64,000 nucleotides of DNA, from positions 32,001 through 96,000 of the forward strand of contig CAWIEK010000068.1 in NCBI GenBank assembly GCA_963835065.1, read 5' to 3'. Below are positions 17,692-27,405 of the stretch, in pieces; within the stretch, counting starts at the first letter, position 1, and every line of letters starts with the position of its first letter. This DNA is from an uncultured Chthonomonadaceae bacterium. Its GTDB lineage: Bacteria; Armatimonadota; Chthonomonadetes; Chthonomonadales; Chthonomonadaceae. The translations under genes and the position numbers were made by a program. The notes beneath the pieces are model-generated. The model saw nothing but the letters and a program-made list of their open reading frames with translations. It made no database searches and had not been told where the DNA came from.

Positions 17692-20370
17692 TTATAACGT
17701 GGTTGTAGCGTTAATCTGCCGCTTACGGATAAGAACGGATGCTGATTTTTCCTGTGTTGTTGGCGTTGGGGGCGGCGGCAATTGGAGGCGCAGCGCTTTT
17801 TGCACCAGTTCGGGACGCTGGAACTCTTTGGCGTAGTTGTCGCCGGTTTTCAGTTCGCCGCCCACGTTCCAGCGCAGGTAGGAAGCGATGTTGGCGGAGC
17901 CGTCGTAATGGCCCGCAGCGGTTTGCGCGATCCAGGCGAAGGGACGCGCGGCGAGGGCTTTGTCGTCCGGTGTGGCTGCGCCCGGTTTCTGCTCGTCGGG
18001 CGTGAGCGCGGGGAAGGCCGTCAGGCTTGCCAGCAGCGTTCCCGCGCGCGGGTCATGGATGACGAGCGATTCACCCGATGCCGTGAGCGGACGCCGGAAC
18101 GCGGACGGCAGGATGGCTAACTGCTCCAGCGACGTAATTGCAACCCGCTTGCCGACTGCAATATCCCATATAATAACCTGATTGCTTGTCGTTCGCGCGG
18201 CAAACCATTTGCTGTCATTGGAAAACGTCAGGCCGGAGGGATTGAAATTGTAATCCTGCGTGGCTTCGCTGTTGGGCGTTACCCCGGTTAAGATGCCCAC
18301 GATCTGCCCCGATTGGACGTTCCAGATACGCATTTTTTGCACCCCCCGCGTCAGGATGTATTTGGCGTCGGGGGAAAGCGTGATGCCGAACAGGTACTCC
18401 CCGTCCGTAATCTTCAAGTTGGATTTCAGCGCGCCTGTCGTCACGTCGTAAAACTGCACTTCGCGGTCCAGCATCGCCGCCAAAGTGGTCCCGTCCGCCG
18501 ACAAATGGATGCCGTCCTGGTAGCGTCCCGGCGCAACCGTCGCCCGCAACTGCCCGCCCGGCACGTCGTACAATTGAATCGCGCTGTTGTTCAGGACGAG
18601 AAACGTTTTGTTGTCGGGCGTGAAGCGGGCGATGCGTTCGCGCTCCAGTCCCGTGTTGTTGAACTGGCAGTTCAAGGTTCCGACAATCGTTCCCGTCGCC
18701 ACATCCACGAGAGATGTTTTTTCGCCGCTCACGGCCAGCAGTTTGCCGTCGGGCGAGAAGATGATGCGATTAGCGTTGGTGGTTCCATTCACGTTGGGCG
18801 AGTACAAGCGCCTCTTTTGCCTGGTTTGCAGGTCGTACACATCCACGCTGCCGCTGTGGGGAACCACAAACGCAAGGGTTTTGCCGTCCGGCGCGAACAC
18901 AGGTTCGGTTTGCAGATAGCGGTCGCGCGGCCCATACTGCTCATTGGTTTGGAAGTTGTCGCGCAATTGCCCCGTCAGCGTGTCCCAGATTTGCAGGTAG
19001 CCGTTGAAGGCAACACCGGCGGCGAGCGCTCCATCCGGCGAGTACGAAAAATAGTACAGCGCGCTGGACGCCTGGAACGCGGCAACCTGCTTCCCGCTCT
19101 GGCTGTTCCACACGCGCAGTCCACCGTCGCCGTCGCCGCCCACGAGCAGGGGATCGTTGGGCGCGAACAGCAGCATGTCCGTTTCCCCGCCCCCCTCGGT
19201 CATCACGCGCGGCTTGCCCGTCGCCACATCCCACAACTGAACGCCCTTCTGGTTTTCGTGCCAGTTGGGAGCGACGACGGCCAGCGTTTGCCCCGTTCGG
19301 TCAAAGCGCAGGGCGCGAACGCTGATTTCCGGCTTGCCCGGCAGGGTTGCCAGGCGCTTGCCGGTCGCCACGTCCCACACAAACACATCGCTCGGCGCTT
19401 CCTTGCTGCTTCTGTTGCTCCCTGTCGCCAGTTTCTTGCCGTCCGGCGAAAAGGCCAGGGACGTGACGGGCGAAGTATTGCCCTTCAGGGGTGGCAGCAG
19501 TTTGCCCGTTTTCAAATTCCATGCCCGCGCCCCGCTGTCGTTGTTGGCAAGGGCAAGCGCGGAGCTGTCCGGCGCAAACACAACGTCGGCGTTGTAGCCC
19601 TGATCGGAGCGGAGTTCAAACGGCTGGAGCGTCAATTTGGAAAGACCGGTTTCCGCGTCCACCAGTTGAAACGTCACCAATTTATACCGCCGGGGCGAGT
19701 TTGCGCCGTTGTTGTCGGTATCAATCTCTTCCTGCTCCTCGCGCTGAAACAGCAGGGTCTTGCCGTCGGGCAGAAACGCGAGCGGGCGTCCGTACTTTTG
19801 CTGTGTTTCCGGCTTCCACGCATGGGTGTCGGTCAGCGTACCCGTCCGCATGTCCCACATCTGCACCTGATTTTGGAACGTGTACGTCGTGACCATGTCG
19901 CCGCTGACGGCAAACGTGGCGTAACTGGAAGGCATGACCTGCGTTTGGCCTATCGGCTGCCCCGTTTCGGTGTTCCAAAAGCGCAATTGCCCGGAACTTT
20001 GCGTTACCAGCGTCTTGCCGCCGGCGGCAAACGCAATGCGCGAAACAGGCGCGCCCTGCGCCAGATTCAGCAGCAGTTGCCCGCTTTTGAGGTCCCACAA
20101 CCGCGCCGTGCCGTCCTGGCTGGCCGTTGCCAGCAGCGCTTTCCCCGGCGCAAAGACCATACTCAAAATGCGGTTCGAATGGCCTTGCTGGAGGACGGGG
20201 AGGGGGTTGGGAGTTGATAGTTGATAGTTGATAGTTGATAGTTGGCCGCTCGTTGCTTGCGCGACTATCGTTTGTCCTTTATTCCGGTTTTCGGCGTATT
20301 GCGCGAATGCCCTCTGAGTATTGGGCAAAAGCATTGTCATCATCAGCCATGCGTATTGTTGTCTCATCAT
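17692..20370 (-). CDS. Secreted WD40-repeat (double beta-propeller) protein
   Basis: Signal-like N-terminus ending AFAQ, QGHSNRILSMVFAPG..LATASQDGTARLWD and many FSPDG/WD units. Confidence 0.9.
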   Translation of the reverse strand: MMRQQYAWLMMTMLLPNTQRAFAQYAENRNKGQTIVAQATSGQLSTINYQLSTPNPLPVLQQGHSNRILSMVFAPGKALLATASQDGTARLWDLKSGQLLLNLAQGAPVSRIAFAAGGKTLVTQSSGQLRFWNTETGQPIGQTQVMPSSYATFAVSGDMVTTYTFQNQVQMWDMRTGTLTDTHAWKPETQQKYGRPLAFLPDGKTLLFQREEQEEIDTDNNGANSPRRYKLVTFQLVDAETGLSKLTLQPFELRSDQGYNADVVFAPDSSALALANNDSGARAWNLKTGKLLPPLKGNTSPVTSLAFSPDGKKLATGSNRSSKEAPSDVFVWDVATGKRLATLPGKPEISVRALRFDRTGQTLAVVAPNWHENQKGVQLWDVATGKPRVMTEGGGETDMLLFAPNDPLLVGGDGDGGLRVWNSQSGKQVAAFQASSALYYFSYSPDGALAAGVAFNGYLQIWDTLTGQLRDNFQTNEQYGPRDRYLQTEPVFAPDGKTLAFVVPHSGSVDVYDLQTRQKRRLYSPNVNGTTNANRIIFSPDGKLLAVSGEKTSLVDVATGTIVGTLNCQFNNTGLERERIARFTPDNKTFLVLNNSAIQLYDVPGGQLRATVAPGRYQDGIHLSADGTTLAAMLDREVQFYDVTTGALKSNLKITDGEYLFGITLSPDAKYILTRGVQKMRIWNVQSGQIVGILTGVTPNSEATQDYNFNPSGLTFSNDSKWFAARTTSNQVIIWDIAVGKRVAITSLEQLAILPSAFRRPLTASGESLVIHDPRAGTLLASLTAFPALTPDEQKPGAATPDDKALAARPFAWIAQTAAGHYDGSANIASYLRWNVGGELKTGDNYAKEFQRPELVQKALRLQLPPPPTPTTQEKSASVLIRKRQINATTTL

Positions 20371-20412
20371 AATTCCTCGTCCTATCAACTATCAACTTTT
20401 TACTATCAACTA
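20212..20412. repeat. Inverted pair of heptamer arrays (AGTTGAT)n ... (ATCAACT)n enclosing the WD40 gene start
   Basis: The left arm lies in-frame in the CDS (QLSTINYQLST) and the right arm is intergenic. Confidence 0.85.
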
Positions 20413-21412
20413 CAATGCCTCATTCTCTTCCTTCGGCGGGCGCAGCATCAGGGCGCGAATTACGTCCGGGCGCGTGGCGTCCCTCGAAGAGAATACGGTA
20501 CAGGGCGGCGCACAGGGGCATTTCGATTGCAGTGCGCGCGGCCAATTCGCACAAGACGCGGGTTGTCGGGACGCCCTCGGCCACCTGTCCCAATTCGGCC
20601 AGAATAGCGTCCAATTGCCGGCCCTGTCCCAGAGCATGGCCTACGCGGTAATTGCGCGATAGGTGGCTGGCCCCGGTTGCCACCAGATCGCCGAAGCCGG
20701 ACAGGCCGCGAAATGTTTCCGCCTGCGCGCCCTGCGCCACGCCCAATCGAATGGCTTCCGTCAGGCCCCGCGTCATCAGAGCGGCTTTGGAATTGTCGCC
20801 AAACCCCAGCCCGTCGCACACGCCCGCGCCAATCGCAATCACGTTTTTAATCGCGCCGCCGAGTTCCACGCCGATAACGTCCTGCCCGGTGTACACGCGA
20901 AAGGTCGGCGCGGCCTGCTGCGAAAACAAGCGCTGCGCCCGTCTTGCGGCTTCCTTATTTATAGACGCGGCGACACTGGCGGATGGCATCCCCTGCGCCA
21001 CTTCAATCGCTAAATTCGGGCCGGAAAGCGCGACGATGCGTTCGGGCGCGTCGGGCAGAACTTCGGCAAGAACCTGACTCATGCGCAGTCCCGTGCCTTC
21101 TTCCAGCCCTTTGGCGGCGGAAAGCAGCAGGGCGTGGGGCGGCAAAAAACCGCGCGCCTGCTCCGCAATGCCGCGCATGGCTCCACTGGGCACGGCGAAA
21201 ACAACGGCTTCCACATTATGGCAGGCTTCGGCAAGATCGGCAACAGGCGTAATCGCCTCGTCAAGCCGAAAGCCGGGCAGGTACGCGCGGTTTTCACGCG
21301 CGGCTTGCAGCAGTGCGATGAGGGCGGGACTGCGCGCCCACAGCCGTACCTGCTGCCGATTGGCAGCCAGCAGAACCGCAAGCGCCGTGCCCCAACTCCC
21401 CGCGCCCAGCAC
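20410..21412 (-). CDS. gpsA: NAD(P)H-dependent glycerol-3-phosphate dehydrogenase (start uncertain, frameshift near C-terminus)
   Basis: LGAGSWGTALA, LSGPNLA, GVELGGAIKNVIAI, GDL..T...SRN and AEGV. The natural ending VIRALMLRPPKEENEAL* is in another frame. Confidence 0.95.
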
Positions 21413-21675
21413 GGCGACCGGCGCGGAAATCAGGCTGGTTGTTGGTATGTTAGTCTCTGTTTTGATACGTTTGTTCCGGTACGTTTTGCGGCTACATTCA
21501 GGGATACGCTTCTTCCTGTGGCAAATTCGCTATTGTGGAACGCGACTCCTGCACAATGTTGCTTTTATAACCTGTCCGGTTCGCGGTACACGTTCAATGT
21601 TATGTTGAATATGCCATAATCATAAATCATGCGCGGTTGCCGCAAAGGAAGACGTTTAGCCTGGAGAAAGTCACA

Positions 21676-21893
21676 ATGGATGCCGCTGTCAAAGCCCGGT
21701 TAGAGGCCGCCGGATTTCGGGAAACGACGGTTCAGGAACTTCTCGGTCTGACGCCGGAAGAAAACGAACTGGTTGAAACGCGCCAATGCGAGGCGCGTTT
21801 GATTCGAGAATTACGTCAGACGCATCATCTAACTCAAGAAGCGTTAGCGAAGCGTTTAGGCTCAGATTAAGGCAATGTCTCCAAAACGGAGAA
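21676..21893 (+). pseudogene. XRE-family HTH antitoxin, premature stop and truncated
   Basis: MDAAVKARLEAAGF..TVQELLGLTPEE...LRQTHHLTQEALAKRLGSD*GNVSKTE. Homology-like sequence stops where element copy B begins. Confidence 0.7.
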
Positions 21894-22242
21894 ATATGTA
21901 GAGTCATCGTCGAAATCTTGGCAATACAGCGCTTCCAGCCCGATGTCTCGTTGTGTCAAATTGTAGGAGTGAGGCGTCGTGACCTCGCAAAGCGTCAGGG
22001 CGCACGGGAGGGGTGAAACATAGGCCTGCACCTCCCTTCTGGGTTAGGGTTCTAGGGTTTTAGGTTGTTAGTTGTTAGGTTGTTAGTTGATAGGAACTGC
22101 GAACGTTCAGCCTTTGTGTCTGGATAGTAGACACTTGTGCTATTTAGACAGGAGGAATGGGGAAAAGGTTCGCTGTTTTCGGATTGTTTGGCTATTTTTT
22201 TCTGCTTCTTTTTTGGTGTGATTTTTTGCGGGAGGGTTGCTG
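21894..22242 (-). ncRNA. Copy B of the dispersed structured RNA/micro-ORF element
   Basis: GCGAACC-N17-GTCTAA at 22173-22144, with the same hairpins and SD as copy A and a longer heptamer array (22042-22093). Confidence 0.7.
21995..22021 (-). CDS. Micro-ORF MFHPSRAP*
   Basis: GGAGG-N9-ATG. Homologous to 7205-7234. Confidence 0.55.
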   Translation of the reverse strand: MFHPSRAP

Positions 22243-22322
22243 GGGGATGATGGGTACGACAATCGTGAGCAATTATGTAAAGTTTTTAAGATGCGTTAGC
22301 CCTGTTCCGGTTCGCGGCCTGC

Positions 22323-22361
22323 TTGACTCTGCTTGCAGGATTAGGTAGACTACGGTATATT
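22323..22361 (+). promoter_or_regulatory. Two overlapping sigma70-like promoters
   Basis: TTGACT-N17-TAGACT (22323-22351) and TTGCAG-N17-TATATT (22333-22361). Confidence 0.6.
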
Positions 22362-22374
22362 ACAAACAACATCG

Positions 22375-22538
22375 TTGTGTACAGTAGAAAGCGAGTGCAG
22401 TCGGTACGAAAGTCTGCTCCGAAGAACAAAGTGTTTTTGCTATGTCCTTCTCGGCTCCGTCGAGTGGACGCCCGGCTAAGAACCTTTGTTTGTGCCGCAG
22501 GAACCGTTGGCCGTGACCGCATGACCATCTGTACACAA
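22375..22538 (+). ncRNA. Candidate rod-shaped ncRNA (6S-like or unknown)
   Basis: Closing 10-bp stem TTGTGTACAG/CTGTACACAA. Nested stems GAACAAAG/CTTTGTTT, TGTCC/GGACG and CTCGGC/GTCGAG. No credible ORF. Confidence 0.5.
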
Positions 22539-22608
22539 GGGAATAGGTTTGCAACACAATTACAAACAGACTTTCCACAGGGCGGTGTGGAATCAGCGCA
22601 AGACTGTA

Positions 22609-22642
22609 GAAGCCCCGGCGTTTACGCCTGGGGAGCCGTCAC
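22609..22642 (+). mobile_element. Orphan IS200/IS605-family right end
   Basis: GAAG + hairpin CCCCGGCG-TTTA-CGCC(T)GGGG with bulged T + AGCCG-TCAC terminus. No tnpA/tnpB adjacent. Confidence 0.7.
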
Positions 22643-22679
22643 AATTTGAAAGCGGAACAGAACTCAGGAGAACATTCCC

Positions 22680-23811
22680 ATGCACACTCGGCTCAACCGA
22701 CAACTCTTACTGAATGTGGCAGGCGCTGCTGCCGTGCTGTTCCTCAGCGCAAGCCTGCCTTCCCTCGCGCAGCGTCCCGGTGGCGGGCAGGGACGCGCCG
22801 GGGGCGCGAACGGCGCAAATGGCGCGAATGGTCCCGGCGCGGCGTTCGGCGGCATGATGAACACCCCGATGGGCGCGCAGATGGGCGAGATGCTCAACAA
22901 AATGCGCCAGACGCGCGCTTTTGTGGACCCCGGCGTCAGCAATACGTCCAACCTGCTGACCCGCTCCGATGTGCGCAACGAACTGGTCCTCAATGGGCGT
23001 CAGACCGAAGCCATTGCCGCGCTGTCCAGCGGCTACCCCGCCGCCATGATGCAGGGCATAATGACAACCGTAATCAGCAGTATGCAGAAAATGCAGCAGG
23101 ATGGCGTCAATATGGATTTCCGCACTATGACGCCGGACGACCGTCAGCAGATGTTTACGCAGATGCGCGACAAGGCAACGGAAAGCATGTTTGCGGTGCA
23201 GGCCGACCAGGACAAGAAGGCGGAAGCGTCCCTGACACCCGCGCAGCTTAAGCGGCTGCATGAGTTAGACTTGCAGTGGCGCGGCCCGCTCGCCTTGACC
23301 GAGGAAAAACTGGCGGACAAAGTGAATTTAACGTCCGAACAGCGCGCGAAAGTTTACGGCTCTCCTAAAAGAATTGCGGGATGCGCGCATGAAGGCGCAG
23401 ATGGGCATGTTCAGTCCGGGCGGCGGCTTCCCCGGCGCTCCGGGCGCAGGCGGCAGGGGCGCCCCCACCGGCAAACCGAACGGCGCAGCCGGCGCAAAGG
23501 ACGCGAATCCTCCCGGTAAGACCAGTGACGCAGGCGCTCCGAACGGCGCGGGCAATCCTCCCGCTAAACCCGCCACTCCCGGCGCAGACCCGAACGCGGA
23601 AATCAACGCCGCGCTCAACGCTCCCGGAGCCGGAAACTTCACCCCGCCCTCGCCGGAACAAATTCAGCGCGCGACGGATGAGGCGAGCAAGCAAAGCGAA
23701 GCCCTGCTCAAAGCGATGGATAAAAAAGGGTTGCTCCTCCTCACGCCCGAACAGCAGACGCAATGGAAACTCCTGCAAGGCAAGCCGTTCACCTTCCGCC
23801 AATACCTGTAG
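22680..23811 (+). CDS. Secreted Spy/CpxP-like (LTxxQ) helical protein with Gly/Pro-rich linkers, one frameshift near 23360
   Basis: Signal peptide. LTPAQLKRLHELDLQWRG, LTSEQ and LTPEQQTQWKLLQGKPF across ORFs 22680 and 23374. Confidence 0.75.
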
Positions 23812-23892
23812 GAAGAGATGCGTGAAACTCTCCCGGGGGCTGCTTCCGCCCACGTCAAGCGGCCCCAGGAACCTATAAGAGAAGGAGACGCG

Positions 23893-24333
23893 ATGGATCG
23901 CAGCGAGATGCTCACGCTTTGGAACGACATGGGGAGTGAAGGCAATTGGGTTCCCTCGTGGCCGGATAGCCTGGCGGGAGTGACGGCGCAGGAAGCGCTG
24001 TGGACGCCGCATCCCGGTTGCCATTGCATCTGGCAAGAAGTGGTACATGCGACCTTTTGGCGACAGGTGACGCTGGCGCGTATGGAAGGTGGCACACCGC
24101 CTAGCGAGCCGGAAATTGAGGCGCAGCAATTCGCCCTGCCTGCGCAAACCGGCGAGGCAGAATGGGCCACAGCGGTTGCCGCCTTGCAGCAGACGCAGGG
24201 AGCGATAGCCGCCGCCATTGAAGACGAAACCAAAGATGTGGAGCGCATCCCGTACCACCTGATCCACGACGCCTACCATTTAGGCCGGATCACGCAACTG
24301 CGCATGATGCAGGGGAACGCGCCCAAATTCTAG
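23893..24333 (+). CDS. DinB family protein
   Basis: GVTAQEALW, IWQEVVHATFW and HDAYHLGRI metal-binding His pattern. Confidence 0.88.
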   Translation: MDRSEMLTLWNDMGSEGNWVPSWPDSLAGVTAQEALWTPHPGCHCIWQEVVHATFWRQVTLARMEGGTPPSEPEIEAQQFALPAQTGEAEWATAVAALQQTQGAIAAAIEDETKDVERIPYHLIHDAYHLGRITQLRMMQGNAPKF

Positions 24334-24488
24334 CCCAAGTGTCTATTTATAAGCAGACAAGCATAAGAACTTCTGAACTAATCCCCGCTTGTCTGCCGTC
24401 TCTACATTGAACCCCCGCTTGCAATACCGCAAGCCCCGTTCCTGATTGCTTCCTGAACAACTTTGTCCCCCCAAAGGAGTTTACAGTT

Positions 24489-25481
24489 ATGCCGTTTGGC
24501 AATCTTGCGCCTACCCCAAAATTCGTTCGCTCGCTTCGACGCGCTCTTTCTTTGCCCATTGCAGCGTTCGCGGCCTGCATTCTGCCGATGCTGCTTGTCG
24601 GCTGTGGCACCCCTGTTACGAGGACGTCTGTTCCTATAGCCATTCCGGTCACGTCAGGAACGCGCCTGCTGTTCGACTCGGAAGTGTTTGCCGCCAACGC
24701 CTTTACCAATGGAATTGACACTATTGCCCCGGATGGCAGCAATCTTCAGCGCGTCATCAATGACGACAGCGCCGTATTTCCTCGTTTCAGCGCGGATGGG
24801 ACGAAACTCGTTTATGAAGGGGGATCGGGAATTTCTTTTCTGGTCATCGCCAATGCCGATGGCTCCAATGTTTCGACAGCCCAGTCGTCCGGCGTGGCTT
24901 CCTACCCCGCGTTTCGACCCGATGGCAAGGCGCTTGTGTTTGTCAGCGGCTCCGACGAACTCTACACGCAGAACGTTGACGGCTCACAGTTTCACAAGAT
25001 TCTCACGCCCCCGGCCGGCTACGGTCTTTCGCGCCCTGTTTACACGCCGGATGGAACCCACATCGTTTATGAGCAGGACCCTAATGTTGCTACCAACGAT
25101 ACGCCCAAAGTGTATGTCATCAATGCCGATGGCAGCAATCGCCGCGCCCTCGGCCCCGATTACAGCGTTACGCCCGCTGTCAGTCCCGATGGCAAGCGCA
25201 TCGCTTACGGCGGCTATAACAACACCGGCACAACTATGGGCCTGTTCCTGATGAACGCGGACGGGACGGGGCAGCCGGCCACACTCATTCTGAGCAACGC
25301 TTCCCATCCGGTTTTCAGCCCGGACGGCACAAAAATCGCCTACCTGAAACGGCTGGACGACAGCATGGCAATCAACAGCAGTCCCACCTACGAAATTCAC
25401 ATCATCCATGTGGACGGCACGGGCGATACGCGCGTCGGCACAAAACTGGCTGTCGCAACAACGTCACTGGACTGGCGCTAA
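24489..25481 (+). CDS. TolB-like (PD40 repeat) lipoprotein
   Basis: Lipobox LVGC. Repeated P.FSPDG..I.Y and NADG units. Confidence 0.88.
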   Translation: MPFGNLAPTPKFVRSLRRALSLPIAAFAACILPMLLVGCGTPVTRTSVPIAIPVTSGTRLLFDSEVFAANAFTNGIDTIAPDGSNLQRVINDDSAVFPRFSADGTKLVYEGGSGISFLVIANADGSNVSTAQSSGVASYPAFRPDGKALVFVSGSDELYTQNVDGSQFHKILTPPAGYGLSRPVYTPDGTHIVYEQDPNVATNDTPKVYVINADGSNRRALGPDYSVTPAVSPDGKRIAYGGYNNTGTTMGLFLMNADGTGQPATLILSNASHPVFSPDGTKIAYLKRLDDSMAINSSPTYEIHIIHVDGTGDTRVGTKLAVATTSLDWR

Positions 25482-25496
25482 GACCCACCTTAACTT

Positions 25497-25553
25497 TTGT
25501 ATCTTGTATCTTATATCTTGTGCCTTATCCCTTATCCCTTATACCTTCTGCCT
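25497..25553. repeat. Drifting heptamer array overlapping the PhyH gene end
   Basis: TTGTATC TTGTATC TTATATC TTGTGCC TTATCCC TTATCCC TTATACC TTCTGCC. Confidence 0.8.
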
Positions 25554-26376
25554 TCTTCGCTCGCTCGTCTCTCGGCGTTTGTTTGATGTCGTTCCATGGA
25601 AAGCGGCGCGGTTCTTCGCTCGGCGTGGGCGGCAGGCCGAAGCCTAAGATGTAGGCGCGGCGGGGAATGTCGGAGCGGTTTGGGCCGGCGTAGTGCAGGG
25701 TGCGATTGTGGTGGATGGTGCAGCCGCCGGGTGGCAGCGGGCAGGGAACGGCGTGAGCAACGGCTGCGCCCCCATTGGTTTCCATGTCGTCAATTTCCAG
25801 GCCGTGAATGCGAACGTCGTGGTTGATGCTGTGATGCGGCAGAATGTCCAGGCGGTGGCTGCCCGGCACGAACTGCATACAGCCATTTTCGATTGTGGCG
25901 GGCTGAAGCGGCATCCACAGGCTGAACGAGTTGTAGCGCATCATCGGGTTCCAGTACGCTTCGTCCTGATGCCAGGGCGTGGCGGCGCCGATGCGGGCAG
26001 GCTTGAAAATGGCGTGTTCGCCCATCGCCTGCGCGTCCGGCCCAAGCAGTTGGCGGGCAACATGCAGCGCATTGACGCGAAACAGGCCGTTTTTCAGTTC
26101 CGGCGCGTATTTGGCAGGGTTCAAAATCTGCGGCAGGGTGGCTTCCTTGCCCTCCTCATCCGTGCCGCCCAGGTCGAACTGATTGCCTTCCTCCCGCCCG
26201 GCGCGGCTGGCAAACAAGCGGTCGTAAATGTCGCGCAGCCAGGCCACTTCGTCAGGCGTGGTAATCGCCTCCAAAATCAGGTAGCCCTCCCGATGGTAAA
26301 AATCAATCTGCTCCTGCGCCAATGTAACCGTCGGCTCCGCTGCCGCTGTGTTCTGTAAGGTTGTTGCCGTCATCAT
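25525..26376 (-). CDS. Phytanoyl-CoA dioxygenase (PhyH) family 2OG-Fe(II) oxygenase
   Basis: TPWHQD, ENGCMQFVPGSH and TLHYAGPNRS..PRRA. Confidence 0.93.
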   Translation of the reverse strand: MMTATTLQNTAAAEPTVTLAQEQIDFYHREGYLILEAITTPDEVAWLRDIYDRLFASRAGREEGNQFDLGGTDEEGKEATLPQILNPAKYAPELKNGLFRVNALHVARQLLGPDAQAMGEHAIFKPARIGAATPWHQDEAYWNPMMRYNSFSLWMPLQPATIENGCMQFVPGSHRLDILPHHSINHDVRIHGLEIDDMETNGGAAVAHAVPCPLPPGGCTIHHNRTLHYAGPNRSDIPRRAYILGFGLPPTPSEEPRRFPWNDIKQTPRDERAKKAEGIRDKG

Positions 26377-26651
26377 GCCTCCTGATCTCGCAATTTCGTC
26401 TTCCGCGTCACCATACCCTGCTTGATTGTAGCCTGTACAGCCTATCTCCGAGCAGTGTACCTTCTATGTACCGGTTTCAGACACATTCTGAGACGTGAAT
26501 GTGAGACGCGATAAGATTGAAACCGCTCCTCATCGTCTGACGTATCAATTCCAGAATTTAATTTTCTGTCTGTGTTGATACTAAAACTTGCGCATTCATA
26601 AATACGCAGGCGCTTTCCTCAAACCAGATATGCCGAAAGAGAGATTGTACC

Positions 26652-27197
26652 ATGCGTCACCATCGTTTTCTGTTCGTCCTTGCCGTATTTGTCATTGTCA
26701 ACATAGCGGGCTGGTTTGTGGCTGCCCTTTATCTCAAAAAGCAAGTGTTTGCCGACCTGAGAGGGCCGTACACAACTCTGTTCAATACCATCTTTCCGTT
26801 TGACTCGGTGGATGCGGGACCGCGTTCCCGCTTTGTGCAGACGGATTGGGTCTTCCCAAAAGATGCGCCTGTGGTTGGCCCGAACGGAGAAACCCGCATG
26901 TCCCTGACGACGGACGGGCGTACCGTCAGCGTCAGCGTCCGTAAAGGCACGATGTACTACCACACGCCGCTTTCTTTTGAGCAGGTGTGCAGCCTGTATC
27001 GCCAGAAACCGTCCGTAGAGGAAAACCGCAATGCCTTTGAGGGCGTTGCCACCGACTCCAACCAACATGCCGTTTTTGTCTGCTATGGAAGCCGCTACAA
27101 CATCTTCCTTCTTGTCACGCATATTCCCGCAAGTCCGATGACCAACGTGACGATTGACTATCGCGCCATTGACGTAGAGGGGCTGCCAGCGCGCTGA
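26652..27197 (+). CDS. Hypothetical protein with N-terminal membrane anchor
   Basis: Hydrophobic N-terminus and GAGAG RBS. ECF-like TGAAAC-N17-CGTA upstream (26518-26544). Confidence 0.7.
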   Translation: MRHHRFLFVLAVFVIVNIAGWFVAALYLKKQVFADLRGPYTTLFNTIFPFDSVDAGPRSRFVQTDWVFPKDAPVVGPNGETRMSLTTDGRTVSVSVRKGTMYYHTPLSFEQVCSLYRQKPSVEENRNAFEGVATDSNQHAVFVCYGSRYNIFLLVTHIPASPMTNVTIDYRAIDVEGLPAR

Positions 27198-27405
27198 TAA
27201 GCCGAAACCTTTCTACAGCGCGGCTTCACTTCTTGTGCCGTTGCGCGCGGCAGCAGGCAATTTCGGGAACATTTGCCATTTCTGTTCAGTTATACACTCG
27301 TAACCAGTAACAGGGGTAACTCTGTGTCTGGTGCAGCGCCTTTTCTTTTGCAGGTGTTTGGTGTGAAACAGACGGGTTCCAGGAGTTCACAAGGAGTTTA
27401 CGACA

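Noticed and set aside
18313..20217. Long antisense ORFs (e.g. 18313-20217, 4672-5763, 8530-9600, 28230-29693, 60380-61720)
   Set aside because: Shadow ORFs overlapping well-supported genes in GC-rich DNA, with no recognisable motifs.
22400..22485. RNase P, SRP or c-di-GMP riboswitch identity for the rod RNA (GAAAGTC and CCCGGCT words)
   Set aside because: Too short for RNase P and lacks the full conserved motifs of these families.
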